A stretch of 64,000 nucleotides of DNA, taken from Candidatus Atabeyarchaeum deiterrae (GTDB taxonomy: Archaea > Asgardarchaeota > Atabeyarchaeia > Atabeyarchaeales > Atabeyarchaeaceae). The stretch spans positions 1,856,001 through 1,920,000 of the forward strand of contig CP147780.1 of assembly GCA_037310415.1 (NCBI GenBank), read 5' to 3'. Numbering within the stretch: position 1 is the stretch's first letter; every line of letters starts with the position of its first letter. The notes under the pieces were generated by a model that saw only the letters and a program-made list of their open reading frames with translations, made no database searches and was not told the DNA's origin. Position numbers and translations under genes: made by a program. This document shows positions 9,577-19,693 of this stretch, one piece after another.

Positions 9577-10962
9577 GTGACCTCGAAATACGATGTCGTT
9601 GTGGTTGGTGCAGGACCCGGAGGTTCTCTTGCAGCTAAGACGGCAGGCGAAATGGGTCTGAAAACAGTCTTCATTGAACGGGGAAGAAAGCCAGGCGACA
9701 AAGCTTCCTCTGGGTGTGGGTTGCCGCCAAGAATGTGGCGGGAATTTGATTTCATGAAAGAAGTGGACATGCCAAGTGTGAAGATAATGTACCAGACGTT
9801 GCATATGCTCGACGAATCGTTGAACGAGAGATTCACCATGCGTTGGTCACCGAGCGATCTAGGGGAATACGCCGAGGCACGAGAATTCTTCCAAGTTAAC
9901 GTGTATCGTCGATACTTCGATCAATTCCTAGCAAGACTCGCGACAGAAGCCGGCGCCGAACTTAGAACTTCCACGCTTGTAACAAACGTCATTAAGGACT
10001 CCGAAGGTCGAGTTGCTGGAGTCATTACTGACAGAGGCGAGAAGATAGAGGCAGACGTCACAGTTGCAGCTGACGGGGCTATTTCACAGATCGCCTATCA
10101 GGCTGGTTTGCGGGAGAAATGGAAACAAGACGAGATCACCCTAGTTGTGGACTGCGATTTCAAGGCGTCCAGACGAAAGATGGATGAAGTATTAGGTTCA
10201 GACGAGTACGGCAACCATGTTTATGTCTCACCGCTCTATCCAGCAGCGTATGTTGCGACAATGCCCGAAGGATTCCATGTAGGATTCGGTCAATGGCTGG
10301 GGCGATTCACCAGAAGATCAAGCAGGAAACCCTACGAATATCTTCAAAATGCCGTCAACTCAAGACCATTAAAGAGATTTATGGAGAAAGTGCAGGCCAA
10401 ACCGAGAGAATTTCACGCACATCTGCTCCCATGGATGCCGAGGCTACCAACAAAGACGTTCGGCAACGGAATAATGCTTGTTGGTGACGCAGCTGGTTTC
10501 CCGTGTCCGCTTGAGGCTGAGGGGGTTGACTATGCCATGGTTTCTGGCAGAATTGCGGCTCAGGTTGCTGCAGAAGCAATCACTAATGAAGATGTGTCAG
10601 TGACCGGTCTGCAACTCTACGAGAGAAGGTGGAAGAACTCAACAATAGGTGAAGAATTCTCAGCCGCAAGAGAGTGGGCTCAGCTTTGGGCTGGAATCTT
10701 CTTCGATCCTCCCCAATGGAAAAAGATCACGCCATTAGCCAACAACCTGATGTTCTGGGCAAGCTGGTCAAGCCCACATATAAGGAACCTCAAAAGAGAA
10801 CTGTCAGATTATTCGAAGAACATTCCGTTCCTTTTTGAATTCATAAAAAGCTACGTGTTACCGTTAGCGCAGAGGTCTCGGATCCCTATGTTCAGGACTT
10901 TCATGAAACTAGGAATTCAGTGGCTTAGAACAAGAAGAAAAGAAGGTGTATTGAGCCAGTAG
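9577..10962 (+). CDS. FAD-dependent oxidoreductase, FixC/geranylgeranyl-reductase family
   Basis: DVVVVGAGPGG, R.YFD..LA..A..AGA, VAADG, LVGDAAG..PL..EG. Confidence 0.85.
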   Translation: MTSKYDVVVVGAGPGGSLAAKTAGEMGLKTVFIERGRKPGDKASSGCGLPPRMWREFDFMKEVDMPSVKIMYQTLHMLDESLNERFTMRWSPSDLGEYAEAREFFQVNVYRRYFDQFLARLATEAGAELRTSTLVTNVIKDSEGRVAGVITDRGEKIEADVTVAADGAISQIAYQAGLREKWKQDEITLVVDCDFKASRRKMDEVLGSDEYGNHVYVSPLYPAAYVATMPEGFHVGFGQWLGRFTRRSSRKPYEYLQNAVNSRPLKRFMEKVQAKPREFHAHLLPWMPRLPTKTFGNGIMLVGDAAGFPCPLEAEGVDYAMVSGRIAAQVAAEAITNEDVSVTGLQLYERRWKNSTIGEEFSAAREWAQLWAGIFFDPPQWKKITPLANNLMFWASWSSPHIRNLKRELSDYSKNIPFLFEFIKSYVLPLAQRSRIPMFRTFMKLGIQWLRTRRKEGVLSQ

Positions 10963-10965
10963 TGA

Positions 10966-11253
10966 GTGGTGGAAATGAAAGAAAAAGAGCTCGAGCTAAG
11001 GACACTAGTGAGGCGGACCGGTGAAACGGGTGAATTCATACGTCAAGACAAGTCAAAGTGCACAGGTTGCGGGAAATGCGCCAAGATCTGTCCAATGGAG
11101 CTTTGGAGCATGAAGAAAGGCAAAGCTCTCATCGTAAAAGACTATGCTAAAAAGTGCGTTGAATGCGGAAGCTGCTGGCTTGTCTGCAACTTCAACGCCA
11201 TAGACTTCAGCTACCCCAAAGGAGGGACTGGAGTGACTTGGGAGTATGGCTGA
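10966..11253 (+). CDS. FixX-like ferredoxin
   Basis: CTGCGKCAKICP and CVECGSC..VC; C-terminal YPKGG.GV..EYG typical of FixX. Confidence 0.85.
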   Translation: MVEMKEKELELRTLVRRTGETGEFIRQDKSKCTGCGKCAKICPMELWSMKKGKALIVKDYAKKCVECGSCWLVCNFNAIDFSYPKGGTGVTWEYG

Positions 11254-11306
11254 TACAAGACGACAATGACCGAAGTGACACGAACTCGAGATAAACATCA
11301 TACTGC

Positions 11307-11651
11307 CTAGATCTGGCTCCCTTGTCTCAGATCTTTACCACGCATGAGTGTCGCAACAATAATCTTCGAAGCTAACTTACTGTCGAGCACTATTTTGAAG
11401 TCTCTTACTGATACTTCTAGAGATCCGTTGGAATGAGAAGAATTCGTCAGGGTGACCTCGGTTCCGATAGGCACCCCCAGTTGTGTGATCCTTTGTACTG
11501 CTCCCCACCTGGAAGCGCAGTCGGTGGTGCAACTCACGCCCCTGCGTGCTCTTCTTTTGCCCCTTTCAGGGCAGTTCTCTGTCTCGACATCCACTACGAT
11601 CCCAGTCTCTCCTTCGGCCAACTCAGTTAGGTATCTCTCCGTTCTTTGCAT
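11307..11651 (-). CDS. FeoA-family protein
   Basis: LTEL.EGE.G.V, R...LG...G.EV, V.VR...I.L...LA.KI.V. Confidence 0.75.
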   Translation of the reverse strand: MQRTERYLTELAEGETGIVVDVETENCPERGKRRARRGVSCTTDCASRWGAVQRITQLGVPIGTEVTLTNSSHSNGSLEVSVRDFKIVLDSKLASKIIVATLMRGKDLRQGSQI

Positions 11652-11657
11652 AGTAGA

Positions 11658-14240
11658 TCAACTATCCGAGGCTTTTTGTTGTTTCTTGCTGACAAGCTTC
11701 ATCGTTTTTATCTCATGCTTGGATACCGGCAGTTTGACAGTTCCCTCTTCTGTAGCGAGGTTCGGGCCCTGTTTCTCCAAAAGGTCGGTTTCGGTAGCTT
11801 CACTCAGAGCATCGGCGGTTTGTAAAGTGGCTTCTGTGTCTTTTCCAGATGTCTCATAGAATCTGAGAATGGTGCTATCCGAGTCTTCTGCTCTCTTTAT
11901 CACTGTGACGATTATGTTGTCTGGGTGAACCGAAACGAAGGAGTACGACTTTGGGAGAACCCCCTTGTGATTGGGTTCAACGTGCGAAATCAGTGGGTAG
12001 TTGAATTCATATGCTTTTTTGGTTGTGAGAGCTCCTTTGAAGTCAGATCGGTGGGGGTATAACGCATAAGCGACGTAGTGTGGACCTTGGTCGCTTATCT
12101 CAGACGCATCCTTACTGTCCACGGGCAGACCGAAGATCCTGCCCAGTTCAGCTGGGCTTTTGGCGCTTCTTAGAAGAGTCATCCTCAACGTATCGTTGGC
12201 AACGTCGAAGCCATATTTGCAGTCGTTCAAGAGACTCACGCCGAAGCTTCCATCCTCACTACTGTGATCGATCCACTTCTGTGCAGGAACCTCGTATTTC
12301 GCTTTCTCCTCTGGCGTAGCTTCAGGAGAACTGGGATCCCGCCGAGTGATATGACCATAGGGTGCTTCGTACGTCGTGAAGTGACTGTGAATGGCGACAG
12401 GAAAAGCAACTTTTGCAAGCCTGTGTGCGGCATGCCAATCCACATTTAGCTTAAACTGAACCGATGGTATCCCTTTGTGGAGCATTATGTCTTGAGTGAA
12501 TACTGAGTCCGGACGTCCCTCTTGAGCGTATTTGTATTTCACGGTGACTCTTGCTCTAACTGGTCCCTCCTCGACGAGTTTCACCTCAAGTGGCTCCTTC
12601 AATTCTATGCAATGAATCCCGCCTTTCTGCTGGTAGATGTAGATTTCCCACGCGTCGAATATTTGAGCGTCAATTGGAGAATTGACTGCGGTTCTTCCGC
12701 GTACTGGTTCATCCTCGAATACATGGATTTTGTTTCCCTGTTCTCGAAGAGTCTCCTTTCCGTTTTTCTTGTTGAGAATGCTGTTTACGAGTCCGGTCCG
12801 CTTGTCCACTTTTATTATCAGAAACTCGTTCTCGAGTTTGATTTCCTTGTCGTATTCTTCTGCAGATAGGCTAGTTGACAGTTTCTGTCTTACATGTCCA
12901 GTTCTCCTGGCTTTGTATTCTTTGTATCCGACAGATGGTACATCTTCCGCGATGAATAGAACCGTATCATGTTCATCCAGAATCTGCGACGGAACGATCC
13001 GTTCCTTGTCATCATATATTTCGAACACATTTCCTAACTGAGTTGCAGGAACTTCAACAACATCAGTTCTTGGCCACGACAAGGAATTGAAGACCAGAAT
13101 AGACCTGCCCTGCTCTGCTGTATCAACCTTAGCTGCGATTGCCTTCATGGATTCCTGCACTATTGAGTCTGACTTGCTGAAGATTGACTCGAAGAGCTGT
13201 TCAGAGTCTCTGTATACTTCAGGTATCGCCGACCCTGGAAGAACGTCATGGAATTGGTTCAGAAGCAGTGTCTCCCAAACCTCTTTAAGCGCTTTTTCTG
13301 GATACTCGTAGCCATATTTGCTTGCCAATGTCGCGAGCTTCTCAGCTGTCTCGAGGAGGCATTCCGCCTTCCTGTTGTTCCTCTTGACCTTGGACTGATT
13401 AGTGTATGTGCCTCTATGAAATTGCAGATATAACTCATCCTTAACTTCAGGAGGCTTCTTGATCTTCTTGGCTATCATTCTTAGGTACGTGTCGGCTGTA
13501 GAGAATATCGCTTTGAAATGCTTTTTTCCTTCCACGAATGTTAGTGCCCTTTTGATCATGTCTTCTGTGACTCCGCCGCCGTGGTCTCCGGTTCCGAAGA
13601 GAACAAGCAAATCATCGAGTTTCTGTCGGGATTTGAGGAGTTCAATTTGCTTCAGGATTTCCGATTGCCCTACGTCCTCACTATATGTTCCGACTGTCTG
13701 ATGAGCTAATACTGAGGATCCGTCTGGAGCGATCCATCTGAAGAAATAGTAAGGAAAGACAGTCGTATCGTTCCAACTAAGTTTCTGCGTGAGGAAGAGT
13801 TCAATACCTGCCCCCTTCATTATTTGTGGCAGGGTGCACGCGTATCCGAAGGAGTCAGCCATAAAGCCGATTTTCACTTCAACGCCAAACTTTTCATTGA
13901 AGTATTTCTTACCGTAAAGGAGTTGTCTCACGAATGATTCTCCAGAGGGAAGATTTCCGTCTGGCTCAATCCACATGCCCCCGACAATCTCCCAGCGCCC
14001 TTCCTTCACTCTTCTCCTAACCTTTTCGAAGGTTTCGGGATGCTGCTCCTCCAGCCACTTGTAATACTGGGCGCTACTTTGACAGAAGTAGAAATCAGGG
14101 TACTTCTGCATAAGCCTGAGGATTGATTCGCAAGTATCATAAAATACCCGCATTGATTCGCTGAAGGGCCACAACCATGCGGCATCCAAGTGACTGTGCC
14201 CCAGAAAATAACAGGTTCCACTAACTTTTCGCGAAGTCAT
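11658..14240 (-). CDS. alpha-mannosidase, glycoside hydrolase family 38
   Basis: GHSHLDAAWLW, DSFG, GDHGGG, HRGTYT, NQFHDVLPGS. Confidence 0.95.
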   Translation of the reverse strand: MTSRKVSGTCYFLGHSHLDAAWLWPFSESMRVFYDTCESILRLMQKYPDFYFCQSSAQYYKWLEEQHPETFEKVRRRVKEGRWEIVGGMWIEPDGNLPSGESFVRQLLYGKKYFNEKFGVEVKIGFMADSFGYACTLPQIMKGAGIELFLTQKLSWNDTTVFPYYFFRWIAPDGSSVLAHQTVGTYSEDVGQSEILKQIELLKSRQKLDDLLVLFGTGDHGGGVTEDMIKRALTFVEGKKHFKAIFSTADTYLRMIAKKIKKPPEVKDELYLQFHRGTYTNQSKVKRNNRKAECLLETAEKLATLASKYGYEYPEKALKEVWETLLLNQFHDVLPGSAIPEVYRDSEQLFESIFSKSDSIVQESMKAIAAKVDTAEQGRSILVFNSLSWPRTDVVEVPATQLGNVFEIYDDKERIVPSQILDEHDTVLFIAEDVPSVGYKEYKARRTGHVRQKLSTSLSAEEYDKEIKLENEFLIIKVDKRTGLVNSILNKKNGKETLREQGNKIHVFEDEPVRGRTAVNSPIDAQIFDAWEIYIYQQKGGIHCIELKEPLEVKLVEEGPVRARVTVKYKYAQEGRPDSVFTQDIMLHKGIPSVQFKLNVDWHAAHRLAKVAFPVAIHSHFTTYEAPYGHITRRDPSSPEATPEEKAKYEVPAQKWIDHSSEDGSFGVSLLNDCKYGFDVANDTLRMTLLRSAKSPAELGRIFGLPVDSKDASEISDQGPHYVAYALYPHRSDFKGALTTKKAYEFNYPLISHVEPNHKGVLPKSYSFVSVHPDNIIVTVIKRAEDSDSTILRFYETSGKDTEATLQTADALSEATETDLLEKQGPNLATEEGTVKLPVSKHEIKTMKLVSKKQQKASDS

Positions 14241-14538
14241 TTTCTATCACTACCTGATCCATATTGATGGGCAGATCCACAATCACGCTCTTTTGAGTAA
14301 GGTTGAGGAGGGTTAATTCTTATGAAGAGTTTGACAGGGTTTAATTAAACAATAGTCGAGAATGGTGCCAGAAGTGTGGGTCTTACGGAGATGATAGACG
14401 CTTATCTGTTCTCCATTTGGCTCGCATCGAAAAAGAAAAGGAGGATTATTCAACAAAGGGTCAGTGCTTTCTAACCGATTCTTATTCAGTTTCTTTGAGT
14501 GTTGGCATTTCTGCGATCTGTTTCATGAGATCTCACAG

Positions 14539-14865
14539 TCACTTCTGTGGCTCCTTTGCCTGCCTCTTGGCAACGAGGAGCATGCCATAAACACAAACAA
14601 TCGTTACCATGACGGCACCGAACGCGAATAACAACCACTGGAGTCCCTGCCCTGGGGCTAAGCTGTTCGATGTCAATATTCCCATCGCGTTAAACGCCTG
14701 CACGACGACCTGAGTCCACACAAAACCGATGGTAATACCGAATGCCGTTCCTATGGAAGTGATCATTTGCTTCCGGACCTCTGACCAAGGTACCTTCTGT
14801 AGGACATCTGTCGGCACATATTTCTTCAGTCTGTCTCTCGTTGATTTTTCTTCTGAGTCGGACAC
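14539..14865 (-). CDS. small 2-TM protein (DUF5654-like)
   Basis: TAFG..I...W...V pattern; GAGGTGA SD before GTG. Confidence 0.6.
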   Translation of the reverse strand: MSDSEEKSTRDRLKKYVPTDVLQKVPWSEVRKQMITSIGTAFGITIGFVWTQVVVQAFNAMGILTSNSLAPGQGLQWLLFAFGAVMVTIVCVYGMLLVAKRQAKEPQK

Positions 14866-15096
14866 GGCTCTATCACCTCAAAGTTATTCTGAGTTGTTAC
14901 CTAATAGCTCACCTTAAATAAACCTTTTCTCAACTCGTGGCGGGCTTTTCGTCTTGCCAGAAGATCTCGAGTGTTGGAAGTAGACGGCAGCGATACGAAC
15001 AGCTGTCCTTGTGACTAGCCGAGCGCGCACTGATGATCAAGGATACTGCTATTCTGCCCCAACTGGACGTGAAATCTTCTTGTGTCTTCTGTGTGT

Positions 15097-15504
15097 TCAT
15101 GGCGCCAATGTGATGTTAATGTATTGAATGAACCCAAGGATCAGTGCAATGAACCAAAATGTAGCAGTTATCCGCATCCAGCGCCGGACGTTCTTTGGTT
15201 TCTTGTTGAAGACGAAAGCTATACCGAAAATCAATCCCAGCGCTCCAAAGATTCCATGAGCCATAGCCAGTAGCAGAGTAGTGAGCGCTAGCGTCCCTGG
15301 CGAGCTCAGAAACACTATTTCACTCGGGATCATGACCAGAAACAGTCCAACTAGGTTCAATACGATTGCTACGGCAATCCAGTTTCTGTGTTTGTTAGTG
15401 CCTTCCTTGGTTCCCTGCTTGGCGTATCTTATGGCAACGATGAGGATTATGAAGACGGCTATCTGCAGTATCAGATTGAGTGTTGATGTGATTAATATTG
15501 GCAT
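15097..15504 (-). CDS. DUF420-like membrane protein
   Basis: 4 TM; H....I and HG.FG motifs; TATA upstream. Confidence 0.65.
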   Translation of the reverse strand: MPILITSTLNLILQIAVFIILIVAIRYAKQGTKEGTNKHRNWIAVAIVLNLVGLFLVMIPSEIVFLSSPGTLALTTLLLAMAHGIFGALGLIFGIAFVFNKKPKNVRRWMRITATFWFIALILGFIQYINITLAP

Positions 15505-15582
15505 GATTCTGACCTATTTATGACCATTCATATAAGAGTTTACTTGACAGAGGGTGCGAGGACTAGTTAAAAGTCGGCGGGC

Positions 15583-17088
15583 TCAGTTCTTCATTTTCGG
15601 GGAAGCTTCCAAACTAGATCGTTTTCCTCGTACCTTCCCTCTTGCGAGCGAGGCAAATATGCCAATGAAGCATAGCACAGCAAATGTGGCGAATAGTAGC
15701 TTCATGCTTTCAGTAAGCAGTGCTGGGTACCCAGAGTCAAAGGGCAACACCCCTCCTATGACTAAGCTGAAGAACATTGTTGCAATGCCAAGGCTAAGGG
15801 ATTGCCCCACGAGCCGCATCGTTCCAAGTGTCGCCGAGGCAACTCCGTAATAATTCCTATCTATTGAGCTCATGACAGCGTTCGTATTGGGCGACGAGAA
15901 AAAGGCAAATCCCAGACCCAAGAACATCAAGCTCGCAATAATGTAAGACAAAGCCGTGTCTGCACCTGTGAGGCTCAGGAAATAAAGTCCGCCGGCAGTC
16001 ACTGCCATCCCTAGTGAAGAGACTATTCGCGGTTCAACTCTGTCTGAAACCCAACCTGCAAGAGGCGAGAAAACTGCCATCATAATAGGTTGCGACACGA
16101 GAATCAGGCCGGCGTATTGGGAATCGAACCCTCTCACGTTCTGCAGGTATAGGCTCATAAGGAAGCTAACTGCGAAGGTTGCGCTATAGTTTATTAATGC
16201 GGCAAGATTAGAGAAAGCGAATGTGGCGTTATGTCTGAAGAATTTCATATCTAGCACAGGATATCTTGTCCTCGATTCCCGGATAATGAAAGCTAGGAGA
16301 CCAGCAACACCCGCCCCGATTGACCACAAAGCCAGTACGGACGGTAGTAAAGTGAAACCGAGGATTACGGTCAGAATTGTTAACCCGTAAAGGGTGGACC
16401 CGATAGAGTCGAACTTTTCTCCTTCTGCCCCAACCCACTCTCCCTTCAGCAATGAGAAGAGGGCGACGATTATTACTAGATCGAGGATCAATATGAATAT
16501 GAATGCACTTCTCCAGCCTAAGTTCTGTGTTAGAATGCCGCCAAGGAATGGTCCTATTGAGAGTCCGATGTAGGTCGAGGCCGTGCTTATCCCAAGAGCT
16601 TTGCCTCTTTGTTTGGGAGGATATACTGCAATGAGAATCGCTATGCTTGTGCCGAATATCATTGCATCTCCAAATCCTTGCAGGAACCGGAACGAGATAA
16701 GCCAAGGTGCAGAGATCGACATGGCGCAGAAGACAGTTGCAGCTGTGTCAATCAGTATTCCATATCTGTAGATTCGTTTTCTTCCGTGAATATCAGCGAC
16801 CTTTCCAAAAGGAACCAGAAACATTGCAGCAGCAAGTAGGTAGGCTGTTGCGACCCAGCTTACAGTGGCTGTGTCAATGTTGAACTCGCCTTGAATGGAG
16901 GGCGCAGCAACATTAATCGAAGACCCCATGAAGGGTGTAAGGAAAGAACTCATTGAAGCGATTATGAGGGCAGCCCTTCTGATCTTGGCAGGATACTCCA
17001 TTTGCATCCTTCCGTCTTTGGTTTTTCTATTCAGGAAGATTGAATCCAGCGACAGGATTGCCGAAACAACTGTTTGATAGTCGACCAT
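15583..17088 (-). CDS. MFS transporter (14-TM drug:H+ antiporter type)
   Basis: FL.PFMGSSINVA.P, GKVAD.HGRK, RFLQG.G, GP.LGG, FSSPNTNA. Confidence 0.92.
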   Translation of the reverse strand: MVDYQTVVSAILSLDSIFLNRKTKDGRMQMEYPAKIRRAALIIASMSSFLTPFMGSSINVAAPSIQGEFNIDTATVSWVATAYLLAAAMFLVPFGKVADIHGRKRIYRYGILIDTAATVFCAMSISAPWLISFRFLQGFGDAMIFGTSIAILIAVYPPKQRGKALGISTASTYIGLSIGPFLGGILTQNLGWRSAFIFILILDLVIIVALFSLLKGEWVGAEGEKFDSIGSTLYGLTILTVILGFTLLPSVLALWSIGAGVAGLLAFIIRESRTRYPVLDMKFFRHNATFAFSNLAALINYSATFAVSFLMSLYLQNVRGFDSQYAGLILVSQPIMMAVFSPLAGWVSDRVEPRIVSSLGMAVTAGGLYFLSLTGADTALSYIIASLMFLGLGFAFFSSPNTNAVMSSIDRNYYGVASATLGTMRLVGQSLSLGIATMFFSLVIGGVLPFDSGYPALLTESMKLLFATFAVLCFIGIFASLARGKVRGKRSSLEASPKMKN

Positions 17089-17319
17089 TTAAGAACGAGA
17101 AGAGACTGATTTTGCCCTCTGGAAAGAGAGAGCGCGCATATAAGAATATGGGTGTTCGCCCCAGTCTCGTTGAATCCAAGAAATGGTGAGAACATGTACG
17201 GCAAACTGGCAAGCTCTCTGTGCTCGCGGGTTGAACTGGGTACTGATTGAGAACATAGTTCAAAGAGAAAAAAAGGAGGGATTTGTGGCAGTTCGCGCGT
17301 TTCTGACTTTGTCGTTTTC

Positions 17320-19575
17320 CTACTTCTTTGACATACTCTTGCGTCTGCGCATCATCATCAGCGCCGCCGCTATCACGGCGACGACAATTATAGCGGCAGC
17401 AATGATAATGACAAGTGTCAAGTCAGCAGCACCTGATGGTGGCGTAACTAGGCTGGGCATCATGTATGCGATCTCGTTCTCCCATAGTTCCAGCCTGTCT
17501 TGGTAAGTCGAGTTGTCGAGGTCACCAGCAAACTGATCGATAAGGTAACCATTGTATAAGGTATGACCATCATTGCGGAGGACTATGACAGCTTTGTCTG
17601 CCGTGGCTGAGGATGTGGTGCCTGCGAGAGCAGTGGCGTTGGCGAAGACTGTGAGCTGATCACCTTCGTCACCGTAGTCGATTATCGGTGTGAAGTTACC
17701 CGCAGCATAAGCATTCGGAGTCGTGAATATAGCATGACTTGGATTCCAAATGTATAGAGGAGCTGAACCAGGCATGTCTGACGCATAGGCGAAGCCAAGC
17801 TTAGCCCACAGTGGATGACTAGGAGAAAGGCTCACATAATAATAAGAGAAGATTAGGCGACCACCGGTATCTACGTAGTCAGAGATGTCGCTAAGGTACG
17901 CCCCAAAATCATACCACGGACAGTCGATGATTACCAAAGTCCAACTGTAGAGGTGCATCGATAGATTCAAGTATGAACGAGTGAAAGTCAAGGCAAATGG
18001 TATACCCAAGTCATTCAGCGCTTGGCACACAGGAGTTCTGTAGTAGTTGGAACTATAGGGTTCATCTACGTAGAGCAGAACATTTGCCTTTGAAGCGGTG
18101 AGCCAGTTGACAACGTTGATCGCATACTGATGGTGGCTAACGAGATTGATCCGGTTGTTGCGGAACATGCTAGTGTCTGGGATTAGGATGACGCGACCCC
18201 TTCCGTACTGTTGAGCCGCGATGATGATGTTCTGCGCATTAGTACCCCAGATTGGAAATGCAGGGCTGGTATAGTTGACGAATCCTGTTGCTAAGCAGCT
18301 AAGCTGAGTACAGCTCTCTACAGTTGGGTGCTCGACCTTATAGCTGAATGCGCCAGTATAGGCGGAGCTTGTGAGGTTGACGCGGAGATTGAAGTTCGTC
18401 AGGAGGTAGTTAACGTTTTCGTCGTAGTAGGTAATTGGGAGTCCAGGGCGTTCGCCAAAGATGATAGCGGAGCCACCGTTGCTGATCCAAGTTGTGACAG
18501 CCGATACCTCAGAGGATGTGAAGTTCAAATGCGGCAAAACGATGATAATCAGATCGTAGGGCGCTAAGTTGCTGGCAGTCAAGTTTTCAGAGGCGGACGG
18601 ATAGAGTTTATCGAAGGTATATGATCGATTCACGAGAGCGTTTCGCCATTCAGAGTGCTCTTGCGGCGTGACGGCAAGGCTATCCCAGGCATCCACTCCA
18701 TAGTCAGGCTGGTGAGAAAGGTCGTAGGCGATGCGAGCCTTTGGGTGTGGGCATAGCCAGTTTGCTGCGTCGACGATCATCTGATGAAGGCTGGGTAGGG
18801 CTTCATAGGCGTAGTCGTAGGCGAAGGTAACGACTTTGCCTCCACGATTCGTAGGGTCAAAAGCCAGAACGCTAGCGGTGTTGACATTGTCCTGAGAACG
18901 AGCAACCCGTATAAGGGCACTGTGAATCGATGAACCTTGTAGCGCTGTCCAGTTCCACCGCGCATAACCACTGCCAGTGCTGATGATGTTATTCACGTTG
19001 TAATGCTGCGAGACTGGATGCCTCGTGGTGACATTGATGTCGTTCGCAGAATACTTCCAATAAACGTTCAGACCGTTTACGCCCAGAGATTCAGGCGGTA
19101 ATATCCCAGAGTAGCAGAGGTATTCCACTCCGCTGTCGAAGATGAGCAGCCCACCTCCTCCAAGCCAGAACTCAGCTACCATGTTCGTGATGTTTTCTCG
19201 CGGGTCGTTGTCGACGATCGCCAAGACATCGTAGTCCGCTGTCTTCAGCTTATGACTTGATATGTCCTTGATGCTGAGAAGTGTTGTGCTTACTCCATGT
19301 GATTGGAGCATTGCTGCCAGCTGAGAAGCATTATTGTGAAACAAAGCAGGTCCAGAGACGTAACTTGGTTTCGTCGTGTTCGCCATATCGTAATCGTAGA
19401 TGGCGACCCGCACGGTGTGAGTCACCGATGGTACTAGGTCTGCTGTTCTTGAGTTTGTCACTGATGCAGACGTCAGATTTAGAGGTGAAGTGCAAGCAAG
19501 CATCGTTGCGGTTAACAGAAACGCGAGCGTAACAAAAGCTAGAGTTTTATGTCTGCGTTTTTCACTCTCAAACAA
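17320..19575 (-). CDS. secreted, C-terminally anchored surface glycoprotein with repeated GATase-like (DUF4350/GIFT-like) domains
   Basis: Signal peptide; three alpha/beta units each with a W/Y..GG motif; many N-x-S/T sequons; terminal TM followed by RRRK. Confidence 0.7.
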   Translation of the reverse strand: MFESEKRRHKTLAFVTLAFLLTATMLACTSPLNLTSASVTNSRTADLVPSVTHTVRVAIYDYDMANTTKPSYVSGPALFHNNASQLAAMLQSHGVSTTLLSIKDISSHKLKTADYDVLAIVDNDPRENITNMVAEFWLGGGGLLIFDSGVEYLCYSGILPPESLGVNGLNVYWKYSANDINVTTRHPVSQHYNVNNIISTGSGYARWNWTALQGSSIHSALIRVARSQDNVNTASVLAFDPTNRGGKVVTFAYDYAYEALPSLHQMIVDAANWLCPHPKARIAYDLSHQPDYGVDAWDSLAVTPQEHSEWRNALVNRSYTFDKLYPSASENLTASNLAPYDLIIIVLPHLNFTSSEVSAVTTWISNGGSAIIFGERPGLPITYYDENVNYLLTNFNLRVNLTSSAYTGAFSYKVEHPTVESCTQLSCLATGFVNYTSPAFPIWGTNAQNIIIAAQQYGRGRVILIPDTSMFRNNRINLVSHHQYAINVVNWLTASKANVLLYVDEPYSSNYYRTPVCQALNDLGIPFALTFTRSYLNLSMHLYSWTLVIIDCPWYDFGAYLSDISDYVDTGGRLIFSYYYVSLSPSHPLWAKLGFAYASDMPGSAPLYIWNPSHAIFTTPNAYAAGNFTPIIDYGDEGDQLTVFANATALAGTTSSATADKAVIVLRNDGHTLYNGYLIDQFAGDLDNSTYQDRLELWENEIAYMMPSLVTPPSGAADLTLVIIIAAAIIVVAVIAAALMMMRRRKSMSKK

Positions 19576-19693
19576 GTTTTCCTTTCCTCCCCAATAAAGG
19601 AGATGTACCTTCTAGAGAACGGATCTCCATATATCAGTTGCTGAGGGCGGTTAGTAGAGACCCAGCAGGTACGCTTCTCATATGCTTCCAGTC

